From NCBI GenBank assembly GCA_963797555.1, contig CAWCPV010000019.1, positions 1-64,000 of the forward strand: a DNA stretch of 64,000 bases, read 5' to 3'. Below, one piece after another: positions 20,775 through 32,671 of this stretch. Source of the stretch: an uncultured Gammaproteobacteria bacterium. GTDB taxonomy: Bacteria; Pseudomonadota; Gammaproteobacteria; CAWCPV01. Under the pieces are notes generated by a model. That model was not told where the DNA came from, searched no databases, and was given only the letters and a program-made list of their open reading frames with translations. The translations under genes and the position numbers were made by a program. Within the stretch, counting starts at the first letter, position 1, and each line of letters opens with the position of its first letter.

Positions 20775-22325
20775 TCAGGATGCAGCAGCCTGTAGGGCTG
20801 GATCCGGGGGCCCATTGAGGAACAAGCGGTAGGCGGGATTTTCCGTCTCCTCCCAGTACGGATAACCGATCTCGTCGAGAAACACTTGGAATCCCGATCG
20901 TTCCTCCAGCGGGACCTGGATGCCCACGAGGACCCGTCCATAGGCATCCCCGTGGTTGCGGTAATGGAACATGCTGATGTTCCACTGCTGCCCCATGTGC
21001 GTAAGGAAGTGCAGGAGGGCTCCCGGGCGCTCCGGGAACTGGAAGCGGTATACCAACTCGTGAGCGACTCCGGTCGCCTGACCGCCCACCATATAGCGCA
21101 CGTGGAGCTTCGCGGTCTCGTTGTCCGTCATGTCGATGACGGGATAACCCTTGCCGCGCAGGTGAGCGATCAAGGTGTCTTTCTCGTTGTCCCCGCCACG
21201 CAGTTGAATTCCGGCGAACACATGGGCCTGTTCGGCATTGCCATAGCGATAGTTGAACTCCGTGATGCCGCGCAGGCCGATGCTATGACAGAACTCCCGG
21301 AAGCTCCCCGGACGCTCGGGGATGGTCGCGGCGATCAGGGCCTCCCGACGTTCGCCCAGTTCGGCCCTCTCAGCGATGTAACGCAGACGGTCGAAGTTGG
21401 TGTTCGCCCCGCTATCGATGGCCACCAAAGTCTGTCCTTCTATCCCTTCGCGCTGCACATAACGCTTGAGGCCGGCCACCGCTAGCGCTCCGGCCGGCTC
21501 TGCGATGGAGCGGGTATCGTCGAAGATGTCTTTGATGGCGGCGCAGATCTCGTCCGTCGTGACCAGAATCACCTCGTCGACGCAGCGCTGGGCGATGCGG
21601 AACGGCTCCGCCCCCACTTGGCGAACCGCTACGCCGTCCGCAAAGATACCCACTTGGTCCAACTCCACGCGCGTACCTGCCTGCATGGCGCGATAGAGGC
21701 TGGGCGCATCCTCGGGCTCCACGCCGATGACCCGGATGTGCGGGTAGAGGTATTTGACGTAGGCCGCGATCCCTGCAATCAGCCCCCCGCCGCCGACAGG
21801 CACAAAGACTGCTTGGAGGTCGCCACCCTGTTGCCGGAGGATTTCCACGGCTATCGTCCCCTGGCCGGCAATAACTTCCGGGTCGTCGTACGGATGAATG
21901 AAGGCGAGCCCCGAATGGGCGGCCAGTCCCACCCCATGCTGGTAGGCGTCGTCGTAAGTGTTGCCGTGCAGCACAGTTTCCGCCCCCAGACGACGAACCG
22001 CCGCGACCTTGATGTCCGGCGTCGTCTTTGGCATGACGATCAGCGCCTTGATTCCGAGACGTTGGGCCGCCAATGCTACCCCTTGAGCATGATTGCCCGC
22101 CGAGGCCGCGATGACGCCTTGCTTGCGGGTGGCTGAGGGCAGGCCGGCGATCTTGTTGTAGGCGCCCCGCAACTTGAAGGAGAATACCGGCTGGAGATCC
22201 TCCCGCTTCAGCAGGACGCGATTGGCAGTGCGCCGCGAGAGCAAAGGCGCAGGCTCCAGAGGGGTCTCTTGCGCAACGTCGTAGACCCGGGCCCTGAGGA
22301 TCCTCTCGATATACCGGTGGGGCAT
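20775..22325 (-). CDS. ilvA: biosynthetic threonine ammonia-lyase
   Basis: SFKLRGA, SAGNHAQG, VGGGGL, two C-terminal ACT-like domains (PERPG). Confidence 0.96.
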   Translation of the reverse strand: MPHRYIERILRARVYDVAQETPLEPAPLLSRRTANRVLLKREDLQPVFSFKLRGAYNKIAGLPSATRKQGVIAASAGNHAQGVALAAQRLGIKALIVMPKTTPDIKVAAVRRLGAETVLHGNTYDDAYQHGVGLAAHSGLAFIHPYDDPEVIAGQGTIAVEILRQQGGDLQAVFVPVGGGGLIAGIAAYVKYLYPHIRVIGVEPEDAPSLYRAMQAGTRVELDQVGIFADGVAVRQVGAEPFRIAQRCVDEVILVTTDEICAAIKDIFDDTRSIAEPAGALAVAGLKRYVQREGIEGQTLVAIDSGANTNFDRLRYIAERAELGERREALIAATIPERPGSFREFCHSIGLRGITEFNYRYGNAEQAHVFAGIQLRGGDNEKDTLIAHLRGKGYPVIDMTDNETAKLHVRYMVGGQATGVAHELVYRFQFPERPGALLHFLTHMGQQWNISMFHYRNHGDAYGRVLVGIQVPLEERSGFQVFLDEIGYPYWEETENPAYRLFLNGPPDPALQAAAS

Positions 22326-22391
22326 GGCAGACGTTAGTGGGGGAAGCTGCGGCAGAGGGCGTCAGGGTGACATGACCATGGGAACTATTCA

Positions 22392-23048
22392 ATGACGGGA
22401 GAACTGCTGAAACGCGCCGCGGCTGAGGCGGCGATCGACTACGTGCCCTCGGGCGGCGTTCTGGGCGTGGGCACCGGATCCACGGTCAATCACTTCATCG
22501 AGGCTTTAGCCCGAGTCAAACACCGGTTGGACGGGGCGGTATCGAGCTCGGAGGAGACCACGGCGCGGCTCAAGCAGCACAGCATACCCGTGATGGATCT
22601 GAATACGGTCGGCGAGATCGCGGTGTACGTTGACGGAGCCGACGAGACGAACCGCCATCTCCAGTTGATCAAGGGCGGCGGGGGTGCGCTCACCCGCGAG
22701 AAAGTCATCGCTGCAGCCGCCCGCCAATTTGTGTGTATCGCGGATGAGACGAAGCTGGTGGACGTCCTCGGTCAGTTCCCGCTGCCGGTGGAGACGATTC
22801 CCATGGCCCGCAGCTATGTGGCGCATCAGCTCGTCAAGGCCGGAGGGCGCCCCGTTTGGCGTGAGCGATTCATCACGGACAACGGAAACGTGATTCTAGA
22901 CGTACACGGGCTGCAGATCCTGGAGCCCGCCAGGCTAGAGAGCGAGATCAACGACATCGTCGGGGTCGTCACGAACGGCCTATTCGCCCGCCGCCCGGCG
23001 GACATTCTGCTTCTGGGAACACGCCAGGGCGTCCGCAAGCTCCCCTGA
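22392..23048 (+). CDS. rpiA: ribose-5-phosphate isomerase A
   Basis: [21 protein letters not shown]. Confidence 0.97.
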   Translation: MTGELLKRAAAEAAIDYVPSGGVLGVGTGSTVNHFIEALARVKHRLDGAVSSSEETTARLKQHSIPVMDLNTVGEIAVYVDGADETNRHLQLIKGGGGALTREKVIAAAARQFVCIADETKLVDVLGQFPLPVETIPMARSYVAHQLVKAGGRPVWRERFITDNGNVILDVHGLQILEPARLESEINDIVGVVTNGLFARRPADILLLGTRQGVRKLP

Positions 23049-23052
23049 CGAC

Positions 23053-23253
23053 ATGGGACGTACCCTCGTCATCCTGGGCGCAATCCTCGTGGTGGTCGGA
23101 GTTGCGTGGCCGTGGCTCAGCCAACTCGGGCTGGGCCGTCTTCCCGGCGACGTTATGATCCATCGCGACGGCTTCCGTTTCTACTTCCCCATCACCACGT
23201 CCATTTTGATCAGCGTGCTCCTCACGCTGCTCTTCTGGCTGCTCCGCCGATAA
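23053..23253 (+). CDS. DUF2905 family small membrane protein
   Basis: LGRLPGD..I....F.FYFPITTSILIS motif. Confidence 0.85.
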   Translation: MGRTLVILGAILVVVGVAWPWLSQLGLGRLPGDVMIHRDGFRFYFPITTSILISVLLTLLFWLLRR

Positions 23254-23278
23254 AAAAACGGGGCCCGAAGGCCCCGTC
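23252..23278 (-). terminator. Rho-independent terminator of the porin gene
   Basis: acggggcc-CGAA-ggccccgt hairpin next to an A7 run (U tract on the minus strand). Confidence 0.8.
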
Positions 23279-23303
23279 AGGATCGCGGAGTAGGGCTTGG
23301 TCT

Positions 23304-24434
23304 TTAGAAGTTGTGGTTGATGCCCATCGTCCAGCGACTCTCGTCCTTGCCAAACGGGACGCTGTCCTGCGTCTGGTTGAGGTTGTATGCGGTGTAACCG
23401 GCATAGAGGTCGGTCCGCTTGCTCAGCCACTGCCTGACACCGAACACCCACCCCTTGGTGCTGTTCAAAGTGAACGGCTCGCCGGTCGCCACAATCCGGC
23501 CCGTCGAGTCGGCGACCTGGCCATACTCCAAGACCAGCATCGTGTTGCCGAACTTGGCGCTGCCGCCCACCTCCCAGGTATTGCCGCCGTTGCCGCTGAC
23601 CACCGGCGCGTTGGCGGTGCCGATACCGGGGAACCGCGCCAGATACTGGTCCGCAAACCGGTCCTGCGTGATGAGTCCGGCATCCCACTCGTACTGACCG
23701 AACAGGGCGAACTGCGCGAAGTCGAACTTGCCGCCGACCTTGTATGCGTTCCCCTTGACGCCCTGGAACGCGCCGGTGTCAAGGTTCTCGGCCTGCGGCA
23801 TATTGCCGTTCATGTAGTCGAAGAAGCCGAGCAGGGGGCCGTTGTTGTAGTGCAGACCGAGGCCGTACATAGGGCCGCCCGTCGGGGTCTGATCCAGGCC
23901 CGAATAACCGACCACCCTCAGGCCCATGAAGTTGGGGCTCTCATAGTTGACGGCTTGGGTTCCAAAACCCCCAAACCTGCCGGAGCCGCGCTGCAGTTCC
24001 GATTGGATACCTGGGAACTCGCGGGCCTGAAGAGAAGTGCGGTACAACGGGTCGATGGCTGCCCCGCTGTTCTTGTACCCGGTGTTAACGGTACCGAACA
24101 CCAGCCGACCGTAGCTATCGTCCTGGAGCCCGACAAACTGCTCGCGGTCGCTCAGGGTGTTGGTCTGGCCGGGAAACTGAGTCACGGTGGGATCGAGCTG
24201 CCACTCGAAGTGGAAGACTGCCTTCAGACCATTGCCCAAATCTTCACTGCCCTTGAAGCCAAAAGCGGACTGGTTGCTGCCCATGTAGGTATTTTGCTGA
24301 TTACCGAACAGCGGAACGTTGTTGTCGCCGTTGATGCTGAGACGAGCGGTGCCGAATAGCGTCGTGTCCGCCTGCGCCGCCAGCGGCGCCGCGAGCGCAG
24401 CAGAAACTGCCAACATCACCAATTTCTTGTTCAT
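23304..24434 (-). CDS. Gram-negative general porin
   Basis: Signal peptide, GFKGSEDLGNGLKAVF, LSKRTDLY, C-terminal GINHNF. Confidence 0.92.
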   Translation of the reverse strand: MNKKLVMLAVSAALAAPLAAQADTTLFGTARLSINGDNNVPLFGNQQNTYMGSNQSAFGFKGSEDLGNGLKAVFHFEWQLDPTVTQFPGQTNTLSDREQFVGLQDDSYGRLVFGTVNTGYKNSGAAIDPLYRTSLQAREFPGIQSELQRGSGRFGGFGTQAVNYESPNFMGLRVVGYSGLDQTPTGGPMYGLGLHYNNGPLLGFFDYMNGNMPQAENLDTGAFQGVKGNAYKVGGKFDFAQFALFGQYEWDAGLITQDRFADQYLARFPGIGTANAPVVSGNGGNTWEVGGSAKFGNTMLVLEYGQVADSTGRIVATGEPFTLNSTKGWVFGVRQWLSKRTDLYAGYTAYNLNQTQDSVPFGKDESRWTMGINHNF

Positions 24435-24846
24435 CTGCTTCTCCTATCTGCCTTCACACCTTAAGGGTTGAACACCTGCCGAACTAAGGATAGTACACTG
24501 TGTGTTGAATTGCAACATGGCGTCCAAAAAGCGACAGCGCTTTACAATGTAGCTAAATAGCAACGTCTCGCCTGCCGGAGGCCCGAAGTCACGGCGAGGG
24601 AGAAGGGCAGATATTCTACAGCTAGGTTGGTTAGTTTTCAGCGAACTGGTAGTCCTGACTGTGCAGAGCGGCCTCGGATCGGCGTGCGGAGGGGTTCTTG
24701 GCGGAGTCGGGACCGATGGCGCTGAATTGCGGGCGTAGGTTCCCGCCGGGGCATTGTGGGACCCTGACCGAACTGCCGTGCGGGGTCGGTTCTACCCCGA
24801 AGGGGAGTTGGTAATGAGTGTAGCTCTTTTCGGACGATGGGAACGG

Positions 24847-25625
24847 TCAGGCAGCCTTCTGTAGCAGGGGGCTGGCATAGCGTGATGCGTGGTTGCGCCT
24901 TAACGCCTGGGCCTTGTAGAACTCCCAGTACGACTCGGAGTCGCCGCTGGAGGCGAGCGAGCGCAGCTTCAGAACGGCCTCGGCGCGTTGTAGACCCCAA
25001 CGCGCGCCGGTGAGGGTCCATGCGGTTCTTGACCAAGTGACGACAGGCGCCCTCGATGACCCCGGTGGCGATGGGCAGTCCCTGGGCTAAATACTTGTCG
25101 TATTTCAGCAGGTCTTTGTAGGTCAGCAGATAGTTGGCGCACTCATCCACGGCTTGCCGCTCCTTGGGCAAGATCTCACCTAGTGTGGCACTGCGACGCA
25201 TCCCCGCAGCCCACGTGGCTGGAATGGCCTCGCAAGATCTGCAAGGCCCGTTCGGCAACCCAGCTTTCGGCCTGCTCCGTGCCGGGAGCATGAAAGCAGT
25301 AGGCAGCCCTCCAGAGGTATTCGAGCACGTGCACGAAATCCAGAATCAGGATAACGCCCACGAGATGGCGCCGCATGCAGGCCCGGATATGTTTGAGCTG
25401 CTCTTGTGGCCATCGACCAGCATGGCCCAAACCCGCCGTTGCTCGGGGTCACGGCGTAGGGCCTCCTGGAAAAGCTCCTCCGTCACCTCTGCGGGGTCGC
25501 GCTCGAGGCTCGCCCAGACGCGTTTGTTCTGTGCCCGCGCTCGCTCGGCACACAGCTCGTCCTCTCGGCCCATGATCGCCTCGGCGGTGCGAACCTGGGG
25601 CGCCGGGGGTAGACCGTTGCCACCG
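24847..25625 (-). pseudogene. ISKra4 transposase C-terminal fragment
   Basis: KRVWASLE, DFVHVLEYLW, GLPIATGVIEGACRH spread over several frames. Confidence 0.8.
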
Positions 25626-25734
25626 CGGCGCCGCAGTTGAGCGGCGTAGTGGTTCTCCAGGACGCAAGCGATCTCCTGCAGGAACTCGAGGAGCGCGGCG
25701 GCCTCGTCGGAGAGGTCTCTGGGCAAGATGGCGC

Positions 25735-26018
25735 CCCAGCTCCCAGGCGATGGATTTGTACTGTCCATGACGTTGCCGGTGGAGAGCGGGACGTCGAACA
25801 CGCGGTAGAGGCCGGGGTGCAGAGAAGACGCGACCTTGCGGCAGACCGTGGTCTTGCCGCTGCCCACCTCGCCGGTGATGAGCCCGATGGCGCGCAGCTC
25901 CAGCAGATGCTTGAGGCGCGCCTCAGCCGAGGTCGAGGTGCCCGAGGCGAAGAGCGCTTCGGGGGCGAGTTCGCAGTCGAAGGGGAAGTGGGTGAAGCCG
26001 AAGTGTTTGCGGTAACAT
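25735..26018 (-). pseudogene. ExeA-family AAA ATPase, frameshifted and truncated
   Basis: M(Y)RKHFGFTHFPF, Walker A GEVGSGKT; TGATG coupling to the transposase. Confidence 0.8.
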
Positions 26019-27359
26019 CAGCTCTTCTCCTCGGGGTCACGGAGGTCACGCAGGTTGAGCCCTGAAGGCGGCTGTGGCGCTGGAGCATCGGGGGTCAAGG
26101 TTCAGGAGGGTCGCTGGCGCTTGACGAAGCAGTTGGCGTAGAGGTCGACGGGTTTGGCGAGCTGGATGGGTTGGCCCGGGTGGCAGACCTGGATGGGGCG
26201 CCCTGGGGGAGCAGCAGGGTCGTAGCGCAGGGCGACGGTCTCACCCACCAGCGCCGCCTCGACCTCGTAGACCACTCCGTTCAGGCTCACCGTGCGGTCC
26301 TTCTGCACCTTGCGTTTGGCCTCGAAGAGAAAGACCTCGTCGAGGTCCAGGATGGGCTCGGGAAAGCGCACCTCATGGGCCTGGGTCGCCCAGTGCTCGA
26401 TCGGGGTCTGGCCATCGAGCCCGCGATGCGGGCTGTGGTGGTACTCGCCCTCGACCCAGGCCCACAGGCGGCGGTTGAGGGCCTCGAGGCTCCTGAGATC
26501 CTCGGGTCCCCGTGGGCAGGAGTTGGGAGCGCACCGTGCGAAACCACTGCTCTTGCTTTCCCTTGCCTTGCGGCTGATACGCCCGGGCATGGATGAGCGC
26601 CACCCCGAGCTTGGCGCAGATGAGCGCCAGGTGCTGGGAGCGGTAGTTGGCTCCGTTATCCACATATAACCGCAACGGGATGCCTCGGCGCATTAGGGCC
26701 TGCTTGAAGATGGGCAAGAAGGTTTGGGTACTCTCCGAGAGCGCGAAGGCGGCGAAGGGGATGACACGGGTCGCATCGTCGAGGAAGGCGATGAGGTAAG
26801 TCTTGCGCTTGATCCGGTTGTCGACCAGGACCGAGGGGCCGTGCATGACATCGCTCATCCACAGCTCTCCGGCGCGCTCGAAAGCGAATCGCCGGCGGTC
26901 GCGGTCGGCTGAAGCATCGGAGTCTTTGCGCATCAGGCCGTGGCGGGCGAGCAGCCGATGCACGGTCGAGGGCGGCAGGGGGAGCGCACCGGGGACTTCT
27001 CCGCTCGCGCGGGCCGCGCGGATGACGAGCGGCACGGAGAGCTCGGGGCGGTCTTCTTTGATCGTGACCAGGAGGTCGGCGATTGGTGGCGGGATGGCGC
27101 GCGAGCGCCCGCGGTCGGCGCGGGGCTTCGGCATCAGGGCGTCAAAGCCGCCCTAGCGGTAGCGCTTGAGCCAGTCGCGCAGGGTCTCCGGCGCCACTCG
27201 GGTACGAGCGCTCCCAGGGATGGTGTAGTCGGCGGCGGCCTTCTCGCGGATGCGTTCATACAGCTCCTTGGCTCCGGGGGGCAGGTGCACGAGCTCGGCG
27301 ATAAGCCCGTAACGGAATAGGGCGATGGCGTGGCGGCGGTCGGTCTCGGGGTCGCTCAT
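26018..27359 (-). pseudogene. DDE integrase/transposase with Mu-like C-terminus
   Basis: IALFRYGLI, LWMSDVMHGP, FLDDATR, YVDNG, QGKGK.E.WF, RKVQKD.TVSLNG; internal stops at 27153 and 26102 and a frameshift. Confidence 0.85.
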
Positions 27360-27455
27360 GGGCAAGCTCCTCAGGGTCGAATGAGTCGCCCGAAAAGCTA
27401 CCCGTTTCATCCAGGCGGGTCCGGCCCCGTTTTGTATTGGTGCGCCTTTGGGTGT

Positions 27456-28021
27456 TCACCGCTCGGGCACTGCGGGGGTCTGAAACCGAGCGGCGGCGGC
27501 AAGCACGGCAGATACGGGGCGGCTCGCTCGCAATGCAGGCAAGATGCAGTCGCGCTCCAAGTGGGCACGCCAGCCGCTCACTGTGGGGACACCACCTGAG
27601 AAGCGCTCCGGCATCAACCCGCGCAGCGCGGTCAAGGCAGCCTGCACGGGTTTGAAGCGGTGGCGAGTCCAGCGGATCGCACCCGGCAGCTCGATGTCGG
27701 GTCGGGGCGCAGCCGGTCGGCGACAGCCTCCAGGCTGCTCGCCTGCTCCACTTCGGCAACCACCTGCTCAAGCTCACATAATGAGCCGGAAAGCCTGGCC
27801 GCAAGACAGTCAGGCAACAGGCTGAAGCTGCAATGCCCTTCTCGGCAATACCAGCGAGGGATGCGTGTACCGGGCGGATGGACCCGCTCGTAGGTGCCAT
27901 GGCGTGCCAACGAGCACCCGCCGCCGGGATGCAGCGGGCACTGTGCCAGGCTTGCCTCGCGCCAGGCCTGCCGGTTAACGTATTCCTCGCCGGTCAGCCC
28001 CGTCTCGAATCGAAGCTGCAC
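27456..28021 (-). pseudogene. Zn-ribbon accessory protein of the Mu-like element, frameshifted
   Basis: CPLH...RHGTY.R...RWYC..GH.SFSLLPDCLAAR, directly upstream of the transposase. Confidence 0.6.
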
Positions 28022-28525
28022 CGGCCACCGGCCCGCACGGATGCCCCCGTGGCGGGCCACTCCCCCCCTTCACACGGGCACCCTGCCCGCTCTGCTACGA
28101 AGGTAATTGCCGGTGGATCCTCTCTCACCATCCCATCGATGCCGACCACTCACCGGTGAAAACACTCTGACCACTCCCCCCGGTGGCCAGCGATCAAGTC
28201 AGAGAGCTAACACTCCGCCACGCGCTTGCCTAGACCATGCGAGTGCTTATCCGCCGGCAGGTTCAGCTCTGCGTCCGAGGGAAACACACTGTCGTGGCCA
28301 GCCATCCCGTAGCGCATTCGCTGCACCGTCACTTCCCCGAACAACGTCATCAGCGCGCGCTCGCAGTGCTTGCGCCAGTGCACCCGTAGCACTCCGTCCG
28401 CACCCCTGAGCGCTTTCCCGTTGGGCTTCACACGTGGCGCGCAAGTCCAAATTCCCTTGCAGCAGAAGTCTCTCAAGAAACAGAACTGTAGGCAGCCGTT
28501 TTCATGCGGCTGCTCCTATCGGGTT

Positions 28526-30237
28526 CCTGAATCCGCAGCCTGACTCGGCGAAACAACTAATAACAAGTTGATATATTTGGCATAATCCGGTTTTCCGAGT
28601 TTCACCCAATGGGTGCCATGGCTCAAAATGTCCTCCACCCTTCTCGCGACCCGCTTCCCACCTTTAAGCTCAAGCAAGGCAACGAACTGCTTACCGACCA
28701 CGCCGGGCTTTCGCTGGTGGGTCTGGCCTTGGCGAAATTCGCCAAGGTCGGCCAGACACTGGATGCAGCCATCCCCAAGCGCTGCGGGTTGAGCGTCGGG
28801 GAAATCGTCACGGCCTATGTGGGACTGCTGTGCACCGGCAAGTCGGACTTCGATGCCATCGAGAACCACCGCCAGGACGGTTTCTTCGCCGAGGCACTGG
28901 GGCTTTCCGCGATACCTGCGGCCTCCACCCTGCGCATGCAACTGGATGCCCAGGCCGACCAGCTTATCTTGCTGACAGATGGCCGGTCGGTCAGGCTCCT
29001 CAAAGAGTCTGGCGCCCCCATCACCCCGCTGGCCTGCGGGCTGGTACCGATGGACATCGACGTGTTCACCCAGGACAACGGCCGGACCCGGAAGGAAGGC
29101 GTATCGCGCACCTACGCGGGCACGGACGGCTATGCGCCGATTGCGGCGTATGTGGGCCAGGAAGGCTGGTGTGTGGCCCTGGAGTTGCGCGAAGGCAGGC
29201 AGCACTCGGCCAAGGAGACGGAATACACCCTGGAACGCGCGCGCTCAGGAACTGACCACAGCGGGCATCCGGGTGCGCTGGGATGCCGGCTTCCATGCCG
29301 CCCGGCTTTCCCACCAGATCGAGGCCGCCTCGGCTGCCCGCCAGGCGGCGGGGGGAGAGCCGATCCACTTTCTGGTCAAGGGCAACCCGCGCGGCATGGA
29401 CATCCAGGCCCTGCATGCAGAGCGCCTCGAAGCTCAAGCTATCGCCTGTTTGCCGCGCGAAGGCAAGCGGATCTGGGTCTGGGAGACCCAGGAGAGGAAT
29501 CGCCAGGCGCCGCAGGTGCTGTCGCATCGCCGCATCCATCGCCTGATCGAGCGGACTGTGGATGCCCAAGGCCAGAGGTTGCTGGTACCCAAGATCGAGT
29601 TCGACTTCTGGGATACCACCTTGCCGGCCGAGTTCCGCCCGATCGAGGTGATCCGCCTGTATGAAGACCATGGCACGCATGAGCAATTCCACGAGCCGAG
29701 TTCAAGACGGACCTGGACTTGGAGCGCCTGCCCTCGGGCAAATTCGCCACCAACGATCTGATCCTGTCGCTGGCCATGCTGGCTTACAACGGGCTGCGCC
29801 TGATGGGGCAATCTGCTTTGTTGTCGGAGGATGCGCCGATACGCCACTCGGCCAAACGTCGGCGTCTGAAGACCGTTATCCAGGAGTTGATCACTGTGAG
29901 CGCTAAGCTCGTCCTGCATGCACGCCGCAAGATTCTCAACTTTGGCCGCCATTGTCCGGCGTTTGTGGTTTTCGAGCGTTTGTATGGCCAGTGGTCCTCG
30001 GCGTAGCCGACGCCGTCGCCAAAACGAGGCACTGATCGGCCACGGCCGAGGCGGGCGTTCGCCCAGACAGGCGGAACAATGCGGGTGGATACCCGCCTTC
30101 TCCCTTGAGAAAGGGTCTTTGCACGGATTTGGCCCACCAACAACGGGGAACTTGCCGCAATCGGAGTCAGCGAGCTTCAAAAAAACGCCTCGTTCGGTCA
30201 AGGTGGAGGCTCGTGCCAGTGAACTTGCGGATTCAGG
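28526..30237 (+). mobile_element. IS1380-family element
   Basis: TIR cctgaatccgca/tgcggattcagg; 5-bp target duplication gggtt at 28521 and 30238. Confidence 0.9.
28618..30006 (+). pseudogene. IS1380 transposase, frameshifts near 29245 and 29695
   Basis: KEGVSRTY.G.DGYAP, ELREGRQHS, HGTHEQFH, ERLPSGKFATN. Confidence 0.85.
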
Positions 30238-30576
30238 GGGTTGATTTGGAAGCCCAGCGCAGTGGCACGGCGCTTAAGGGCGGCGATACTGCGTTCGCGC
30301 TGCTGCTCGTAGCGCTGCTGGCCCTGATCGACGAAGGTCTCGCCGCGGGTGAGCATGAAGTACACCATGCGCGCGAGCTTGTGTGCGCTTTCGAACCGCT
30401 CCAAGTCGGTGCCGATCTCGCTCCAGATCTTCATCACCGAGTCCAGCCCCAAGCCGTTGATGCGCGTGAGGTCGGCACCCGCCCAGTTGGCGAGGTGCTG
30501 GCGCACGTCGAACTGCGCTCGCGCCCTGCTACCGGCTCGCGGCGCTTTACCCAAATCGACGCTGACGGCTCGGCTA

Positions 30577-31744
30577 GTGCAGTGTCTCGCAAATGCCTTT
30601 ACTTATGCCGGACTGGTGCCATACTGGAAGTACGGGCACTGGGAGGCGGGAGCCATGAGGAGGATGTCCCTGGAGGTATTGCCAGAAGAGGCGCAAGAGC
30701 TGCAGCGTCGAGTGCGTTCGCACACGGTGGCAGTTCGGGATCGGCAGCGCGCCAGAATCATTCTGCTGGCTGTTGAAGGACTGGATCAGAAGGCCATCGC
30801 CGCGAAGCTGGGCACCACGCGGGCGACCGTCGGGCAGTGGTGCCGGCGCTATCGGCAGCGGAGCTTGGCGGGGCTGGCGGATGCGCCCGGACGAGGGCGC
30901 AAGCCCAGGCTCTCGCAGACGAAGGTGAGGCGGGTGCTGGAGACGGTCGGTAAGCCGCCGGCGCATCTGGGGCGCTGGAGCTGCCGCACCATGGCTGCCG
31001 CCGCGGGCATCTCGAAGGCGAGTGTGCAGCGGCTGTGGGCGGCCAATGACATCAAGCCGCACCTGAACCGCCAGTTCAAGCTGTCCAAGGACAAGCACTT
31101 TGAGGCGAAATTCTGGGACGTGATCGGGCTGTATCTGGCGCCCCCGGACAAGGCGGTCGTGCTCTGCTGCGACGAGAAGACCCAGATGCAGGCGCTGGAG
31201 CGCACCCAGCCAGGGCTGCCCTCGGCATCGGTCACATCAGGACGCGCACCCACGACTACATCCGTCACGGCACGCTCACCCTGTTCGCGGCGCTCAACTA
31301 CTTGGAGGGCAAGCTCACCACCGCCCTGGCGCGCAAGCACCGCCATCAGGAGTGGCTCGCGTTTCTGCGCCGCATCGACCGGGAAACCCCCCAGGACCTC
31401 GACCTGCATCTTATCCTCGACAATTACGCCACCCACAAGCATCAGGCGGTCAAGGCGTGGCTCGCGAAGCACCCGCGCATGCACCTGCACTTCACCCCCA
31501 CCTCTTCGTCCTGGATGAATCTGGTCGAGCGGTTCTTCCGCGATCTGGGCGATTTTCTCGCCGAAGGCAGCTTTGGCTCCGTCAAGGCGCTCGCCGAGGC
31601 TATCATCGCCTTTCTCGCTGAGCGTAACGCCCACCCCAAGCGCTATGTTTGGAACGCCAAGGGCGAGGACATCCTGCGCAAGATCGTCGCGGCCCGAAAC
31701 CGGATGGAGCAGATCTGTGCATAGCTATTTGTGAGACACTGCAC
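30577..31744 (+). mobile_element. IS630-family element; transposase 30655..31724 with a 1-nt frameshift near 31220
   Basis: TIR gtgcagtgtctc, TA duplication (CTAG context), DEKTQMQAL, DNYATH, SSWMNLVERFF. Confidence 0.9.
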
Positions 31745-32433
31745 TAGCAGCGCTTGCAGCTTGAGATCGCACTCTCGAAGATGCTGCGCGATGTCCTCAT
31801 ACATCCCCAGCGCCTGCTTGAGCACGAACAGGTGCTCCTCGCGCCAGTTGCCCGTCAGCGCTCGCGCGATGTCTTGCTCGCTGGCCCGGATGCGCCGGCT
31901 GACGGTGCCGCGCCAGCACCCGCGCATCGCGCTGGCCGGACACAATGTCGCCGATGATCGCCTGGCCCATCACGTCGCTGATGACCTCGGTGAGCTGGAT
32001 GTTCATCTGCACTAGCGCCTTTTGCATGCGCTGCACCCAACTGGCCTGCTCGGTGAGCCGCGGGTCGCAACGCTGCGCGCAGCAGCCCATGGCTCATGAG
32101 CTTTTGCAGCCACTGGCAGTCCTGCACGTCGCTCTTGCGCCCCCGCACGTACTTCACCTGCCGCGCATCAACCCGCCACACCTTCAAGCCGCGGCTCTCC
32201 AACACCTCCTACACCGGGACCCAGTACCCCCCAGTGGACTCCAGCGCCACCCCATCGACCCCGCAGGCGAGTAGCCAGTCGGCCAGGGCGTTGAGGTCAT
32301 CGGTCATCGTAGCGACTTCGCACACCGGGGCATCGCTGCGATGCGCAGGCACTGCCACCCAGTGACTCGATGCCCCTACCTCCACCGCCGCCGCGTTGGG
32401 AAAAACCTCCTCTTCTCGCTTGCGCATCGCCAT

Positions 32434-32671
32434 GGCCTGCTCCACTATCGTTGAGGAACGGCCTCGATCTCTCAAACGGGATGCGGCTCGCGCCGCTCAC
32501 CCATGTCACCGACGATTCCCGGACCATGCTCAGAGACGAGCTCGCACCAAGGCGTCGGCTAACGCCGCGGGCTCGCACCCATGACGTGTCGGTCATCTCG
32601 GCGCTGCCGCTCACCTTGTACCTCATCGGCGTTTCTTCCAGAACACCTGGCCCGCGCGCGGGATTGGGTTG
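32434..32671 (-). ncRNA. candidate IS110 bridge RNA region (5' non-coding end)
   Basis: About 240-nt non-coding end holding CTCTGAG (= target flank+core) followed by TTGAGAG (= element right end+core). Confidence 0.55.

Larger units (their letters stand above)
25626..28212 (-). mobile_element. degenerate Mu/Tn552-like element: Zn-ribbon ORF + DDE transposase + ExeA-like ATPase; one end deleted
   Basis: TGT terminus at 28212 with internal repeats gaccactc(a/c)..ccggt at 28144 and 28169; three co-oriented pseudogenes. Confidence 0.7.
28470..32671 (-). mobile_element. IS110-family element (degenerate transposase from 32433, stop at 28502) interrupted by IS630 and IS1380
   Basis: ALESTGGYWVP, RKSDVQDCQWL, RMQKAL.QMN, AHKLARMVY; removing it restores the ISKra4 frame EPLRLLLQG with a duplicated GAG core. 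Confidence 0.85.

Noticed and set aside
31200-31240. Programmed frameshift in the first IS630
   Set aside because: No slippery A-run is present, one missing C restores GLPLGIGH, and the related IS630 at 62 kb is a single ORF.
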